Below, piece by piece: positions 28,923 to 37,881 of a stretch of DNA of 64,000 nt. Numbering within the stretch: position 1 is the stretch's first letter; the number at the start of each line of letters is the position of its first letter. Below the pieces are notes generated by a model. It ran no database searches. It saw only the letters and a list, made by a program, of their open reading frames with translations, and was not told where the DNA came from. The DNA is from an uncultured Eubacteriales bacterium (lineage in GTDB: Bacteria; Bacillota; Clostridia; TANB77; UBA1234), in NCBI GenBank assembly GCA_964394075.1, contig CAYMVI010000002.1:95234-159233 (forward strand), in the 5' to 3' direction. Made by a program: the position numbers and the translations under genes.

Positions 28923-29246
28923 CTAAGCCTTTCTTAAAATATAAGTAAATGTACCAGCATCTGTGTCTACGCCGATTACTAATTTGCATCCATCTACGAA
29001 AGCACCGATTGTAGGTACTTCAGTATATTTCTCTAAAAAGATTGATGTTGGATCAATGTCTAACATGATCTTTCCTTTCTCAACTTTATCTCCACCCATA
29101 CATACACCGATTAGTGCACCTGTTGGAGTACCAGTTACTTTTGATGCTTTACCATCATTTACTTCGTAAACAGCTCCGTTTACTACTTCTTCATTTTCTT
29201 TTAGTGGGAATAAAATCACTCCACCATTCATGTTTTTATGTTTCAT
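28923..29246 (-). CDS. Small head protein (107 aa, possible decoration/cement protein).
   Basis: Sits between the scaffold and capsid genes. Confidence 0.3.
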   Translation of the reverse strand: MKHKNMNGGVILFPLKENEEVVNGAVYEVNDGKASKVTGTPTGALIGVCMGGDKVEKGKIMLDIDPTSIFLEKYTEVPTIGAFVDGCKLVIGVDTDAGTFTYILRKA

Positions 29247-29258
29247 TTTGGTTTCCTC

Positions 29259-29972
29259 CTATCTTTTAAACTTACGATTTGCTTCTAAAATCTGATTAAT
29301 ATCCATAGCTCCAGTACGAACTTTTATTTCTTCTTCGCTAACACCAGTAGCTCTAGATATTGCTTTTTCTCTTTCAGAATATGTTGGCTTCTTTTCTTCG
29401 CCAGCAGGAACGACATCTACAAAGCCTTGACTAGCTCTTTCTTTATTAAGCTGTTTGTTAGCTTCTGTTTCCGCTTCTGCTTTCTTTTGAGCCTCTTTGC
29501 TTGAATACTTATTAGCTCCAGCAACTGCCCAATATGCTTGTTCAGCTGTCAATCCACTTTTCATGAGCTTTCTTATATCAGCACCATACTCTTCTATATC
29601 CATGTATAGAGGGTTGCGTTTTAACTCCATAATCTCTCTCTCAGTTTCTTTTCTAGCTGATTTCACTTGGTTTTTTGCTTGTGCTTTACCGAAAGTGTTC
29701 ATTAAATCTTCAATTACATCATCATTTAATTCTGACTTGCCGTTTTTAAGCTTTTTACGGATATCCTCTTCAGCAAGCTTAATTTCCTCTTCCTCTTCTT
29801 TAGAAAGATTTTGTAATTGCTTCTTTAAATTCTTCTTTTCAGTTCTTTCAGCATTCAATGCTTTTCTTAGTTGTTCGATTTGCTCATCACGAGCATCTGT
29901 CCCAACTGCTTCATTTGTTGCAACTTCTTCATTTTCTGTTTCGTTTACAACAACTTCTAGTTCTTCATCCAT
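29259..29972 (-). CDS. Capsid scaffolding protein.
   Basis: 237 aa. Highly acidic, coiled-coil and low complexity. Located between portal and capsid genes. Confidence 0.55.
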   Translation of the reverse strand: MDEELEVVVNETENEEVATNEAVGTDARDEQIEQLRKALNAERTEKKNLKKQLQNLSKEEEEEIKLAEEDIRKKLKNGKSELNDDVIEDLMNTFGKAQAKNQVKSARKETEREIMELKRNPLYMDIEEYGADIRKLMKSGLTAEQAYWAVAGANKYSSKEAQKKAEAETEANKQLNKERASQGFVDVVPAGEEKKPTYSEREKAISRATGVSEEEIKVRTGAMDINQILEANRKFKR

Positions 29973-29987
29973 ATTTGCCTCCTGTTT

Positions 29988-30053
29988 GATTTAGCCAGCT
30001 GTTTTCTCAGCTCGAATTTATTTTATTTAGCCAGCTGTTTTTCTCAGCTCGAA
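29988..30053. repeat. Tandem direct repeat (2 x ~30 bp) between the phage tRNA-Met and the scaffold gene.
   Basis: ATTTAGCCAGCTGTTTTCTCAGCTCGAA occurs twice, with a 1-nt indel. Each copy contains a small hairpin, AGCTG-N7-CAGCT. Confidence 0.5.
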
Positions 30054-30054
30054 A

Positions 30055-30129
30055 TGGGTGCGAAAGCAGGACTCGAACCTGCGACCTCCAACTTATGAGG
30101 CTGGCGAGCTTCCACTGCTCCATTCCGCA
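30055..30129 (-). tRNA. Phage-encoded tRNA with CAT anticodon (elongator Met, or Ile2 if lysidinylated).
   Basis: 75-nt cloverleaf folded by hand. Acceptor TGCGGAA/TTTCGCA. D-stem GAGC/GCTC. Anticodon loop CTCATAA. T-arm GCAGG-TTCGAGT-CCTGC. Encoded CCA. Confidence 0.75.
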
Positions 30130-30198
30130 ATATAAAAAGCTAGCAACATAAGTTACTAGCCTTTGGTATTTATAAAACTACATCTAAAAAAACTGCTT

Positions 30199-30567
30199 CT
30201 ATTTTTTCTTTTTACTTGTTTTTGGTTTTGTTTCATTTCGTGCCATTTCTTCTGTTCCAATCATGTTTTGATTTGTTTCTAGAATATTATCGCCATTTTC
30301 TTCTTGCGAGATTGGCTCATTTTCGATTATTTCTTCTTCAGCTATATCTTCTGTTACCTCTAAATCAATTAAATCTAATTCGCCATATATGTTTCTGCTG
30401 AAATAGCCTTTTAACTCTCTTCCGCATTCACATCTATATGTACCTATCATATGTACTCTTCCACCGTAAAAACTCATATCATGGTTTTGTACATAGTTTG
30501 TAAATCTAATTCCCTTTAGGTCTTTACCACAAAGACAAGTTGTTTTATTTAGCAACATTATATCCAC
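30199..30567 (-). CDS. Hypothetical Cys-pair (Zn-ribbon-like) protein, 122 aa.
   Basis: CLCG...CECG motifs. Acidic C-terminus. Confidence 0.3.
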   Translation of the reverse strand: MDIMLLNKTTCLCGKDLKGIRFTNYVQNHDMSFYGGRVHMIGTYRCECGRELKGYFSRNIYGELDLIDLEVTEDIAEEEIIENEPISQEENGDNILETNQNMIGTEEMARNETKPKTSKKKK

Positions 30568-32422
30568 CTCCGTGTTGATCGTTCATTTTCTTTAATGTGT
30601 TTGGATTTACAGCTCCACCTAATACATTATCTGGGTTTGTAAAAGGAATGTTCACATTCATTCCTGCTGTTCCGCCTTGCATGTCTTCTTCCTTTGGTGC
30701 TGGCAATCCAAAATACTCTTCAAGTTTATCTCTATACTCTTTAATGCCCATTGCTTTATTCATGTATGTTTCTTTTATAACGTTGTACATTAGAGCTTTA
30801 TTCTTTGGCAATCCAGCTCCTACAGACACATTAAGTAATACATGTATTCTTCTGTATTTATCAGGTATTTGCATGTACTCTGGTACTTCTGCATCTGGGT
30901 TATTGCTCTTGAACGCATTAATAAATGTTTCATCTGCTGGTTTTAGCATCGGAATCTTGGCTAGGCTGTGTGGGTTGAAGTAATCGAATTGCCCAACCTC
31001 TTCAGTCTCAAAATACATTTCCTCATCCCAAAACTCAATCGCTAAATTTATGCAGTACATGATTACATCTGAAAGTACTAATTGTAATGTAACCTTTGAA
31101 ACATCTGTTGCTTTCATTGCGTTTTGTTGAATTGCCAAACTCTCTGTAGCTGTATCAACTCCATGGTCTTTTATTCCAGCTTGTTGGTCAGATACACGAG
31201 AAACAATACCTCTCTCTGTAGTTAATGCTAGGTTTCTTCTTTCTACTATGTATGATGGCATGTTTGGTGGATTGATGTATGAAACGCCATTTTTTACATT
31301 TGAAACGAATACTTGGCCTTCCGAATTATCAATCTTTTCTGGATCTACACCGCTTGCCGACAATACTTCTTTCATTGGATTACCTGTTAATCTAGCATTG
31401 GCTAAGATTTGATTGTCAAGCTCATCTATTTGGTCTTGTATTGGATATAGTAAAGATGCGTTTGTTTTACCCCATATAGAATTTTCTCTTTCCATATCGT
31501 TTACACACCAATAAGGATATTGAACGTGTTTTAAACTTGGGAATACATCAACATCTCTCTTCTCTTCAAAGTTCGCACTGTCTTTTAAGATAATTCCACA
31601 TCCACTACATTGAATTAATCTTAGCTTCTCTTTACCACTCTTATCTTTATATTTGCACCAGTAAAGAATATGTAAATAGTTCTCTCCACTCGTATCAACG
31701 ATGTCTTGAGTAGCTAAGTCTAACATTTGTGAATAAGGTTTATAGTTAGGATATATTGCACTTGCTTTCTCCATACCGAATGTTTGCTCAGCCCAATATA
31801 TAGGTGCTGAAAAGATTTCAATGAAGTATCTTCCTTTGTTTATATCTTCAACTTTGAATATTGAAGCATCTGGGAAGATATTCGCACTTGATATCCATTC
31901 GATTTCTGGGCATCCGATTCCATCCAACAGCTTAGGATTAAACATTGCTCTTATCCAACCATTACCGAACTTCTTCATGCTTCTTACTACTTTTTTGATT
32001 TTTAGTGGCATTTTGTTTACATCTAGTATCTTATCTGCCACTCTTCTTGTTCTAGTAATGTATGGAGCATCTGAAGGATCGTATGGTTTTAATTCTATAT
32101 CTATGTTTTGATCCATTAAATCTGCTACTTGGGTTTCTATGTTTGAGTTAATAATGTTTGTGTTTGTGCCTGCATTATGCTCAAATTCACCACTCCAGTA
32201 AGCTTCAGCAATTTCCATGTCCTTAAATACTCCAGCACTTGCTTTAGCCTCATAAGACTTTTTAAAATCTCTGATGATATCTTCTCCAAGCTTTCTCTCG
32301 GCCTCTGTCATCTTGTCTAGTCTGTAGTTTAAGAACTCTTTTGCGTTTGTTCTCTTTCCACGTTCAAAGTAATCTCTTCTACGTTCATCTACAGTACCTT
32401 CGATTTCCTTAATCTTTTCCAA
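30545..32422 (-). CDS. Portal protein.
   Basis: 625 aa, immediately downstream of terminase large subunit. Size and position typical. Confidence 0.6.
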   Translation of the reverse strand: MEKIKEIEGTVDERRRDYFERGKRTNAKEFLNYRLDKMTEAERKLGEDIIRDFKKSYEAKASAGVFKDMEIAEAYWSGEFEHNAGTNTNIINSNIETQVADLMDQNIDIELKPYDPSDAPYITRTRRVADKILDVNKMPLKIKKVVRSMKKFGNGWIRAMFNPKLLDGIGCPEIEWISSANIFPDASIFKVEDINKGRYFIEIFSAPIYWAEQTFGMEKASAIYPNYKPYSQMLDLATQDIVDTSGENYLHILYWCKYKDKSGKEKLRLIQCSGCGIILKDSANFEEKRDVDVFPSLKHVQYPYWCVNDMERENSIWGKTNASLLYPIQDQIDELDNQILANARLTGNPMKEVLSASGVDPEKIDNSEGQVFVSNVKNGVSYINPPNMPSYIVERRNLALTTERGIVSRVSDQQAGIKDHGVDTATESLAIQQNAMKATDVSKVTLQLVLSDVIMYCINLAIEFWDEEMYFETEEVGQFDYFNPHSLAKIPMLKPADETFINAFKSNNPDAEVPEYMQIPDKYRRIHVLLNVSVGAGLPKNKALMYNVIKETYMNKAMGIKEYRDKLEEYFGLPAPKEEDMQGGTAGMNVNIPFTNPDNVLGGAVNPNTLKKMNDQHGGGYNVAK

Positions 32423-32666
32423 GTCTATTCACTCCTTCTTGTTTTATAGGGGCATACAAACCAGACTCATCATCACGATACTTGTTATATCTCTCTAATG
32501 GATCTGCGAACATCCCTATATTCTTTGGTATTTTTCTTTCTAATTTCTTTTCTTGTTTTTCTTCTGGTTCTGCATTCTCTTCTTTAGTGCCCATTTTAAT
32601 GAATAACAATAGCACTAATGCACTTCCTAAGAATGCACCACCAAAACTAGCTAATAAACACTCCAT
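32409..32666 (-). CDS. Small protein with an N-terminal TM helix (85 aa).
   Basis: ORF between TerL and portal. Hydrophobic N-terminus. Confidence 0.3.
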   Translation of the reverse strand: MECLLASFGGAFLGSALVLLLFIKMGTKEENAEPEEKQEKKLERKIPKNIGMFADPLERYNKYRDDESGLYAPIKQEGVNRLGKD

Positions 32667-32668
32667 AT

Positions 32669-34171
32669 TTACCTCCTTGATACTCTAGTTGTTGTCCTTA
32701 TAATAGGATTGCCATACGGCTTATAGTCTTGTATTTCTGTCACCGTGTAGAACTTAGTTGGATCATCTTTCTCAATCTTTGGTGCACTATTCGTAAAGTT
32801 GACACAAAAATACCTCAGAGCATCCAGGATATGTGTGAACTCGTGTGGTTCTGTAGCCACATCGTTTATGTTCTTCTCATCCTTTTGCACTAGAGGTAGG
32901 TATTTTACTAAGTATTCACATTTATTAAATATCTTTAATTTACTTGTTAAAATTGGTTCACCTGTAATGATGTTTCTTGACTCTATCACCTTCAACCATT
33001 CCTTTGTGGCCATCCAGCCATCTATTCTACTTACTGATGTTTGTACTAATGGTAGACCATGCTCTGCGAATATATCAGCCACACTCTTACCAGTTTCCTG
33101 TCTTCTGTTCCATAAGTCTCGTGGTGCATAAATACATTCAACTTTATCATCGCCATTCATTTCTTTTATCTTCTTGCAGGCTTCTGATACGATTAAATCT
33201 CCTTGATGTATCTCTTTATATGCGTATGCGTTACCTTCTGGATCTCGAGCGAACCACAAAACAGCAAGTTTATCTAAACCATAGTCCATAGCAATGTAAC
33301 GTTTCCAATGAGAAGGAATGTCGAACGGATCTATTACATGTACTTGTCTATTGAACTCATTAAAGTAGTGCCCTTGTGGCATACCTGGCATTCCTAAACC
33401 TGTTGTCTTGTAATCTTCGTAGTTCTCCTTACGGAGTTTCTCGAATCTCGCTCTATCTTTCATTGATAAAAACTCATTAAGTTTATAATTAGTTATCATC
33501 AATAATTGACTCATATCTATTTCTACTAGCTTTCCATCATATTCAAACACTTGTTTGTCTGTTGTCACTAGCTCTTGCTTGCCCTTTTCTGCAAGTATCT
33601 TTTCATTTGGTGTAAGCTTATCTGTTATCTTCTTTACTATAAAATGTTCTTCAGACCATGGGTTAAATGATGCCACAGACTGATTAAAATATCCCTCGGG
33701 TAATTCACCTCTAAGGGACATTCTTACTTTATCGTATGTATCTGGATCTTCCATTTCGTAGGCCTCTTCAAACCATACCCACGGAAGAACTAAGTTTGGA
33801 TCATCTATCGTTATTGATGCAATCTTCATCCAGTCATCTAATCCTCTAAAGAATATCTTCTGACCAGTTTTAATGTTGCTTGCTTCTAATGGGCTTCTTG
33901 TGAACTCCCATTTATCATTCAGCATAAGTCTGTGTGATGCCCATTTTAAATCGGCAAACACACTATCACGCATTGTATTTCCTACATATCTTGTGGCTAA
34001 CAAACAAGCTCTCGGATATTTCTCCAGGAGTTTCATCCATCTTAGAGCTACTGTCTTCGACTTCTTACTACTCTTTGAACCTTGAAGTATTACTTCATCG
34101 CCTTTAAAATTCCAGAACGTTGAATATCCCTTACCAACGATGTCCTGCATTCTTATAATTTGATTACTCAT
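32669..34171 (-). CDS. terL: Terminase large subunit.
   Basis: 500 aa. Overlaps TerS by 8 nt. N-terminal ATPase and C-terminal nuclease-like composition. Canonical position. Confidence 0.75.
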   Translation of the reverse strand: MSNQIIRMQDIVGKGYSTFWNFKGDEVILQGSKSSKKSKTVALRWMKLLEKYPRACLLATRYVGNTMRDSVFADLKWASHRLMLNDKWEFTRSPLEASNIKTGQKIFFRGLDDWMKIASITIDDPNLVLPWVWFEEAYEMEDPDTYDKVRMSLRGELPEGYFNQSVASFNPWSEEHFIVKKITDKLTPNEKILAEKGKQELVTTDKQVFEYDGKLVEIDMSQLLMITNYKLNEFLSMKDRARFEKLRKENYEDYKTTGLGMPGMPQGHYFNEFNRQVHVIDPFDIPSHWKRYIAMDYGLDKLAVLWFARDPEGNAYAYKEIHQGDLIVSEACKKIKEMNGDDKVECIYAPRDLWNRRQETGKSVADIFAEHGLPLVQTSVSRIDGWMATKEWLKVIESRNIITGEPILTSKLKIFNKCEYLVKYLPLVQKDEKNINDVATEPHEFTHILDALRYFCVNFTNSAPKIEKDDPTKFYTVTEIQDYKPYGNPIIRTTTRVSRR

Positions 34172-34604
34172 TCACATCATCTACTATCGTTACTTTAACT
34201 CCCGTGCTTGATGTTATATCTTTCTTGTCTATAAATGTTCCATGTCTTTTACCTAGCAATTCAGCACATTTTATTCTGTCTTGTAATGAAGCATCTAATC
34301 CGAAAGCATCTTTTTCTTGTCCTCTTGTTACTCTTGTTAAAAACTCTAAAACCTCATCCTGAGATGCAATTCTTTCCTTATCTTTGTGAGACATCTTGAA
34401 ATAAATGTATTTGTCCAGTTTCGACAAGTTTTCTGAGCCGATTCTATTGATGTTTTTACTGTCTTTATATCCTGCTCTTCTACATGCTTCTGTTGCGTTT
34501 CCAGTCTCTATATAATGATCTATGAATCTTTTCTGCCTTTCTGTTAGCTTGCTCCAATCTGGTTCTTCTTCAATTATCTCTACTGATACTTTGTCTTCAT
34601 TCAT
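34164..34604 (-). CDS. terS: Terminase small subunit.
   Basis: LTERQKRFIDHYIETGNATEACRRAGY is the classical TerS HTH signature. Confidence 0.8.
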   Translation of the reverse strand: MNEDKVSVEIIEEEPDWSKLTERQKRFIDHYIETGNATEACRRAGYKDSKNINRIGSENLSKLDKYIYFKMSHKDKERIASQDEVLEFLTRVTRGQEKDAFGLDASLQDRIKCAELLGKRHGTFIDKKDITSSTGVKVTIVDDVNE

Positions 34605-34879
34605 TCTGTCTCACCTTCTTTCTCTATACCTTTGTAGTAATCAACTAGATATAATAGAAGTGGTACTTTATTAAAGAACTCTTTCTGTAATACATATCTT
34701 CTAACTGTGTTACCATATCTATCATCTGTATCTTCTTTTACATATACTGAATATTTAGTACAGTATGTTTTTGTCTTCTCAGAGTAGAACTCGATTCTAT
34801 CTATTTTTATGTCTACGCCTTTTAATCTTATGGCGGTTAAAACTTTGTTTATGCTTTTTTGAACGTTCATTTGTATCAC
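34601..34879 (-). CDS. Hypothetical late-operon protein (92 aa).
   Basis: ORF overlapping the TerS start by 4 nt. Confidence 0.35.
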   Translation of the reverse strand: MIQMNVQKSINKVLTAIRLKGVDIKIDRIEFYSEKTKTYCTKYSVYVKEDTDDRYGNTVRRYVLQKEFFNKVPLLLYLVDYYKGIEKEGETE

Positions 34880-35043
34880 ACTCTCTTCGTTTTTTACATT
34901 CGTTGCATAAATGTTTCATGCAATACTCAAAATTCATATTTTCCATAGAATCCGCTCACTTCCATAAAAAACGACCTCTGAGAATCGCTTATTTTGGATT
35001 TTATTGCTTATGCTAATATTCCATGTTGCCTATTTTTACACAG

Positions 35044-35080
35044 AAAAAAGAGTTACACGTTAAATGTAACTCTTTCTCCT
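35044..35080 (-). terminator. Rho-independent terminator ending the phage tRNA-array transcript.
   Basis: Perfect 10-bp hairpin AAGAGTTACA-CGTTAAA-TGTAACTCTT, followed on the minus strand by TTTTTTCTG. Confidence 0.6.
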
Positions 35081-35142
35081 TTTCCACTAATGACATTTAA
35101 ATTTTCTTCGTTCATTAAATGGTTGGTAGCCATGAACGAATT

Positions 35143-35229
35143 TGGCGATATGGTGAGGTATCGATCCCCATGCTTTTACACACCAACTGTTTTCAAGACA
35201 GTGCTCAGAGCCATCTGAGTTACCATACC
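35143..35229 (-). tRNA. Phage tRNA-Ser (anticodon TGA), type II.
   Basis: 87 nt. Acceptor GGTATGG/CCATATC (one G-U). D-stem CTCA/TGAG. Anticodon arm ACTGT-CTTGAAA-ACAGT. 15-nt variable arm. T-arm TGGGG-ATCGATA-CCTCA. Encoded CCA. Confidence 0.6.
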
Positions 35230-35297
35230 ATTAATGTGCTAATGCTAACCCCACATCAGCATAACTATCCCTCACGACCACCGATAGTTTTCCCGTT

Positions 35298-35390
35298 TGG
35301 CGACAAGCTGTAGACTCGCACTACATGCGTTGTGACAGAACACACACATCCCTTAGCAGGGGAGTTCCAGACTTTCTGGATTAACTTGCC
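35298..35390 (-). tRNA. Phage tRNA-Ser (anticodon GCT), type II.
   Basis: 93 nt. Acceptor GGCAAGT/GCTTGTC. D-arm TCCA-GAAAGTC-TGGA. Anticodon loop CTGCTAA. Variable stem-loop TGTG..CACA. T-arm TGTAG-TGCGAGT-CTACA. Encoded CCA. Confidence 0.55.
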
Positions 35391-35402
35391 ATATATAAAA
35401 TA

Positions 35403-35486
35403 TGTGGGTTGGGACTCGAACCCAACTTCCTCGTACGCTCCACGAGCCCTTTCGAGTCGCATTATGCTACCTATACACCACCACAT
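35403..35486 (-). tRNA. Degenerate tRNA-like element (possible type II tRNA or pseudogene).
   Basis: Canonical T-arm TTGGG-TTCGAGT-CCCAA and a 3' acceptor strand. 5' strand ATGTGGT pairs with one mismatch. No canonical anticodon stem-loop could be drawn by hand. Confidence 0.3.
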
Positions 35487-35590
35487 ATTATTCGTAATGC
35501 GTTATAATCTCCTAAGATATAAGCATTGGTGAACTCCGTAGAAGCCCGTAGACTTGTTCGGTTGTTCGTACTAGATTTGGTCGACCTAGT

Positions 35591-35665
35591 TGGTTGGAGT
35601 TAAAGGACTTGAACCTCTAACCTGCTGGATATAAGCCAGTTGCTCTGCCATTGAGCTAAACTCCA
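35591..35665 (-). tRNA. Phage tRNA-Ile (anticodon TAT, decodes AUA).
   Basis: 75 nt. Acceptor TGGAGTT/AACTCCA. D-stem GCTC/GAGC. Anticodon arm ACTGG-CTTATAT-CCAGC. T-arm AGAGG-TTCAAGT-CCTTT. Discriminator A plus CCA. Confidence 0.6.
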
Positions 35666-35712
35666 ATATAGAAAAGGGGGAGTATTTGGATTGCCAATAT
35701 ACTCCGTTGATT

Positions 35713-35796
35713 TGTTACAAGTGAGATTTGAACTCACAATCCCTGTACGTTGTTTCGGTATACCATCAGTGCTTTATCCAGTTAAGCTATTGTAAC
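35713..35796 (-). tRNA. tRNA-like element with perfect acceptor, D and T arms but a non-canonical 33-nt anticodon/variable region.
   Basis: Acceptor GTTACAA/TTGTAAC. D-arm GCTT-AACTGGATA-AAGC. T-arm GTGAG-TTCAAAT-CTCAC. The middle segment contains the palindrome GGTATACC and no 5-bp/7-nt anticodon hairpin. Confidence 0.35.
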
Positions 35797-35840
35797 ATGT
35801 AGTGAGATTAGCTGAGTAGTAAGCTAATCTCTAAGGAAGT

Positions 35841-36086
35841 TTATTTAGATAAAAATTCAGCTACACCTTTATTGAATTTATCTAGCGATTCCGCTCCTTC
35901 ATTCAATAGTTTCACTAATTTTTCATCTTCATACATTAAAGCATTGATTTTAAATGTTCCTGCTAGTCTTGTTGTTTCTTTCAATGTATCTGTAAGATTT
36001 AATTTAAGTGTTTCTTTTTTATTCACTTCGTTAATTTTTTGTTTTTGTTCTTCTGTCATGTTATCCACATCTGTCATCTCCTTCAC
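35841..36086 (-). CDS. Hypothetical protein (81 aa).
   Basis: ORF followed by the 10-bp-stem hairpin GAGATTAGCT..AGCTAATCTC at 35802-35832. Confidence 0.35.
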   Translation of the reverse strand: MKEMTDVDNMTEEQKQKINEVNKKETLKLNLTDTLKETTRLAGTFKINALMYEDEKLVKLLNEGAESLDKFNKGVAEFLSK

Positions 36087-36149
36087 TTTTTCATATTTAC
36101 ATATTAACTCTTTTTATACCCCAAAAACTGCAAACTTTTTGCAAGCTTT

Positions 36150-36554
36150 TTATAGTAATCCCATTTCTTGGCCAACGGCAAATACAATTTTATCTCTCAT
36201 GTTGTAATATGTTCTTTCTCCTATTGGTATCTCATTGCATGTTTTTACTATTCCTGCCTGTTTGATATAGTTAAATTCAAAGAACTTCTGATAATCTTCA
36301 TTTAGTCTAGATTTAACTTTTTCAATAGCATTTATTGTATTTTCTAGCTTCACTATGGCAATACTAGACATCAATTTAATTGCTTTACCTTCTGTCGGTT
36401 TTCCTGTTTCTCCTTTTCCTTTAGGCTGACCATCTGATGGTTCTGGGCTTGCATCTATTATATCTGCTCTCATTTCTTCTAATTTCTTTTTGTTCTCCTG
36501 ATAATGTTGCAACTCGTAATCTATGTAATTATATACTTTCTTATCTATTTTCAC
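36150..36554 (-). CDS. ArpU/RinA-like phage late-gene transcriptional activator (putative).
   Basis: 134 aa, located just upstream of the tRNA array and packaging genes. C-terminal sigma region-4-like helix YYNMRDKIVFAVGQEMGLL. Confidence 0.45.
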   Translation of the reverse strand: MKIDKKVYNYIDYELQHYQENKKKLEEMRADIIDASPEPSDGQPKGKGETGKPTEGKAIKLMSSIAIVKLENTINAIEKVKSRLNEDYQKFFEFNYIKQAGIVKTCNEIPIGERTYYNMRDKIVFAVGQEMGLL

Positions 36555-36580
36555 TTACAACACTTCTTTCGTATAGTATT

Positions 36581-36946
36581 TTATTTTTTCATTGCTTCTA
36601 ACCAATCTTTACGATCTTCTTCATGTAATTCATGTAGCTCTTTTGTTCTTTTTAGTGCTCCGTACCAACATGTGCATGCACAAATTAGTCCGCATACAAT
36701 CATTATTAAGTTACCAGTCTTAGAGCCTACTTCTCCAGCCCAACATAAAGCTCCTAAAAATACAGTTGAACCCGCTATGTAGCTTCCAATTAAAGCTAAT
36801 TTAATCAACCTATAATGAGTTTTATGTAATTTTTTCAAAGCTTTCATACTTTCTTTACCTAAATCTTCAATTATAGCATCAGCTAATTGCCCTAAGGTTT
36901 CCTTAATTTCTTTTAATTTTTCTTCTTTTTCTTTTACTTCTTCCAC
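36581..36946 (-). CDS. Phage membrane protein (121 aa, two TM helices).
   Basis: Hydrophobic segments IGSYIAGSTVFLGALCWAG and LIMIVCGLICACTCWYGAL. Confidence 0.35.
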   Translation of the reverse strand: MEEVKEKEEKLKEIKETLGQLADAIIEDLGKESMKALKKLHKTHYRLIKLALIGSYIAGSTVFLGALCWAGEVGSKTGNLIMIVCGLICACTCWYGALKRTKELHELHEEDRKDWLEAMKK

Positions 36947-36948
36947 TT

Positions 36949-37197
36949 CTATCTCACCACTTTCACATATTTTAAATTGTTCTCTTTCGCAACTAAATAA
37001 GATGTATACCCATCTATTAAGTAATTGTTTTCATCTAAAATTATGTCAGCATATAATGTTCCATCATATCTGTACATTAATCTTCTCACCCACATTTTTT
37101 CGTGTCTTGGCGGGTGAGCTTTAAAGCATTTGTATATGTGTATGTTTTCTATATTTTCATATCCAAATAGTTTCATTATCTTATCTAACAGCTTCAT
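36949..37197 (-). CDS. Hypothetical phage protein (82 aa).
   Basis: ORF with 4-nt start/stop overlap to neighbours. Confidence 0.3.
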   Translation of the reverse strand: MKLLDKIMKLFGYENIENIHIYKCFKAHPPRHEKMWVRRLMYRYDGTLYADIILDENNYLIDGYTSYLVAKENNLKYVKVVR

Positions 37198-37610
37198 TTT
37201 TTACCTTCTTTCATGCTATTGTATATAACTCTATTTCTTGCACCTTCTTTTCTTTTTTCTAATACTGTTTGTGCAATAAGCGGTAATTGTTCCTCTGTTA
37301 TTATTTCAGCATCTATCGCACTTTGTAATAACGAACATAAACCTATTATCAATAGTTCAGGGCTTGATGCTGTAAACATTTGCTCTGAAGATTGCTTTCC
37401 TTTTCTCTTTACAATCGTTATTTCATATTCTGCATCTTTATATTCTTTTTCTATATTATTGAAAATCATATTGTTTCCTTTCAGTAATTCCTGAATATTA
37501 TATGGTTCTGTATCTTCCCATTTTATAAATTGGAATAGATGCGTAAACACATCAAAACCTTGAGCACAGCTACCACCGCCAAACTTTTTCTGCTTTAAAT
37601 GGTTTTTCAA
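37194..37610 (-). CDS. Hypothetical phage protein (138 aa).
   Basis: ORF in the early/middle operon. Confidence 0.3.
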   Translation of the reverse strand: MKNHLKQKKFGGGSCAQGFDVFTHLFQFIKWEDTEPYNIQELLKGNNMIFNNIEKEYKDAEYEITIVKRKGKQSSEQMFTASSPELLIIGLCSLLQSAIDAEIITEEQLPLIAQTVLEKRKEGARNRVIYNSMKEGKK

Positions 37611-37881
37611 GGTATAGAAAAATCCTTTTACTTTTATCTCTAGCTATCCATTTATACTCTTTTGGTACATTCTCAAGTATTACTCTTTCTGCTTCGTTTA
37701 GTTTAGGGTTTTCTTTGTGTTCTGCTTTCAGCCAACAAGCATTACACTTATCGCACGTTGTATCTGTGTTGCAACAATCTTCGCATTCTTCTCTGATATA
37801 TTCACTTAAATCGAGTATTCTTCCTAACTCTTCATCACTCATATTTTGCATCTTTTTCATTAGCCATTCTCTATTTGTCAT
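37570..37881 (-). CDS. Cys-rich hypothetical phage protein (103 aa).
   Basis: CEDCCNTDTTCDKCNACW cluster. Confidence 0.3.
   Translation of the reverse strand: MTNREWLMKKMQNMSDEELGRILDLSEYIREECEDCCNTDTTCDKCNACWLKAEHKENPKLNEAERVILENVPKEYKWIARDKSKRIFLYLEKPFKAEKVWRW

Noticed and set aside
35130-35400. GC-rich (~48%) non-coding block inside the prophage, first suspected to be a large structured ncRNA (phage tmRNA-like, intron or riboswitch)
   Set aside because: Hand-folding resolves it into two long-variable-arm tRNA-Ser genes (35143-35229 and 35298-35390) with only a 68-nt spacer, so no extra ncRNA is needed.
35403-35486. Calling this element a bona fide tRNA with a specific anticodon
   Set aside because: A 5-bp-stem/7-nt-loop anticodon arm with U33 could not be drawn. 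It is kept only as tRNA-like pending covariance-model analysis.
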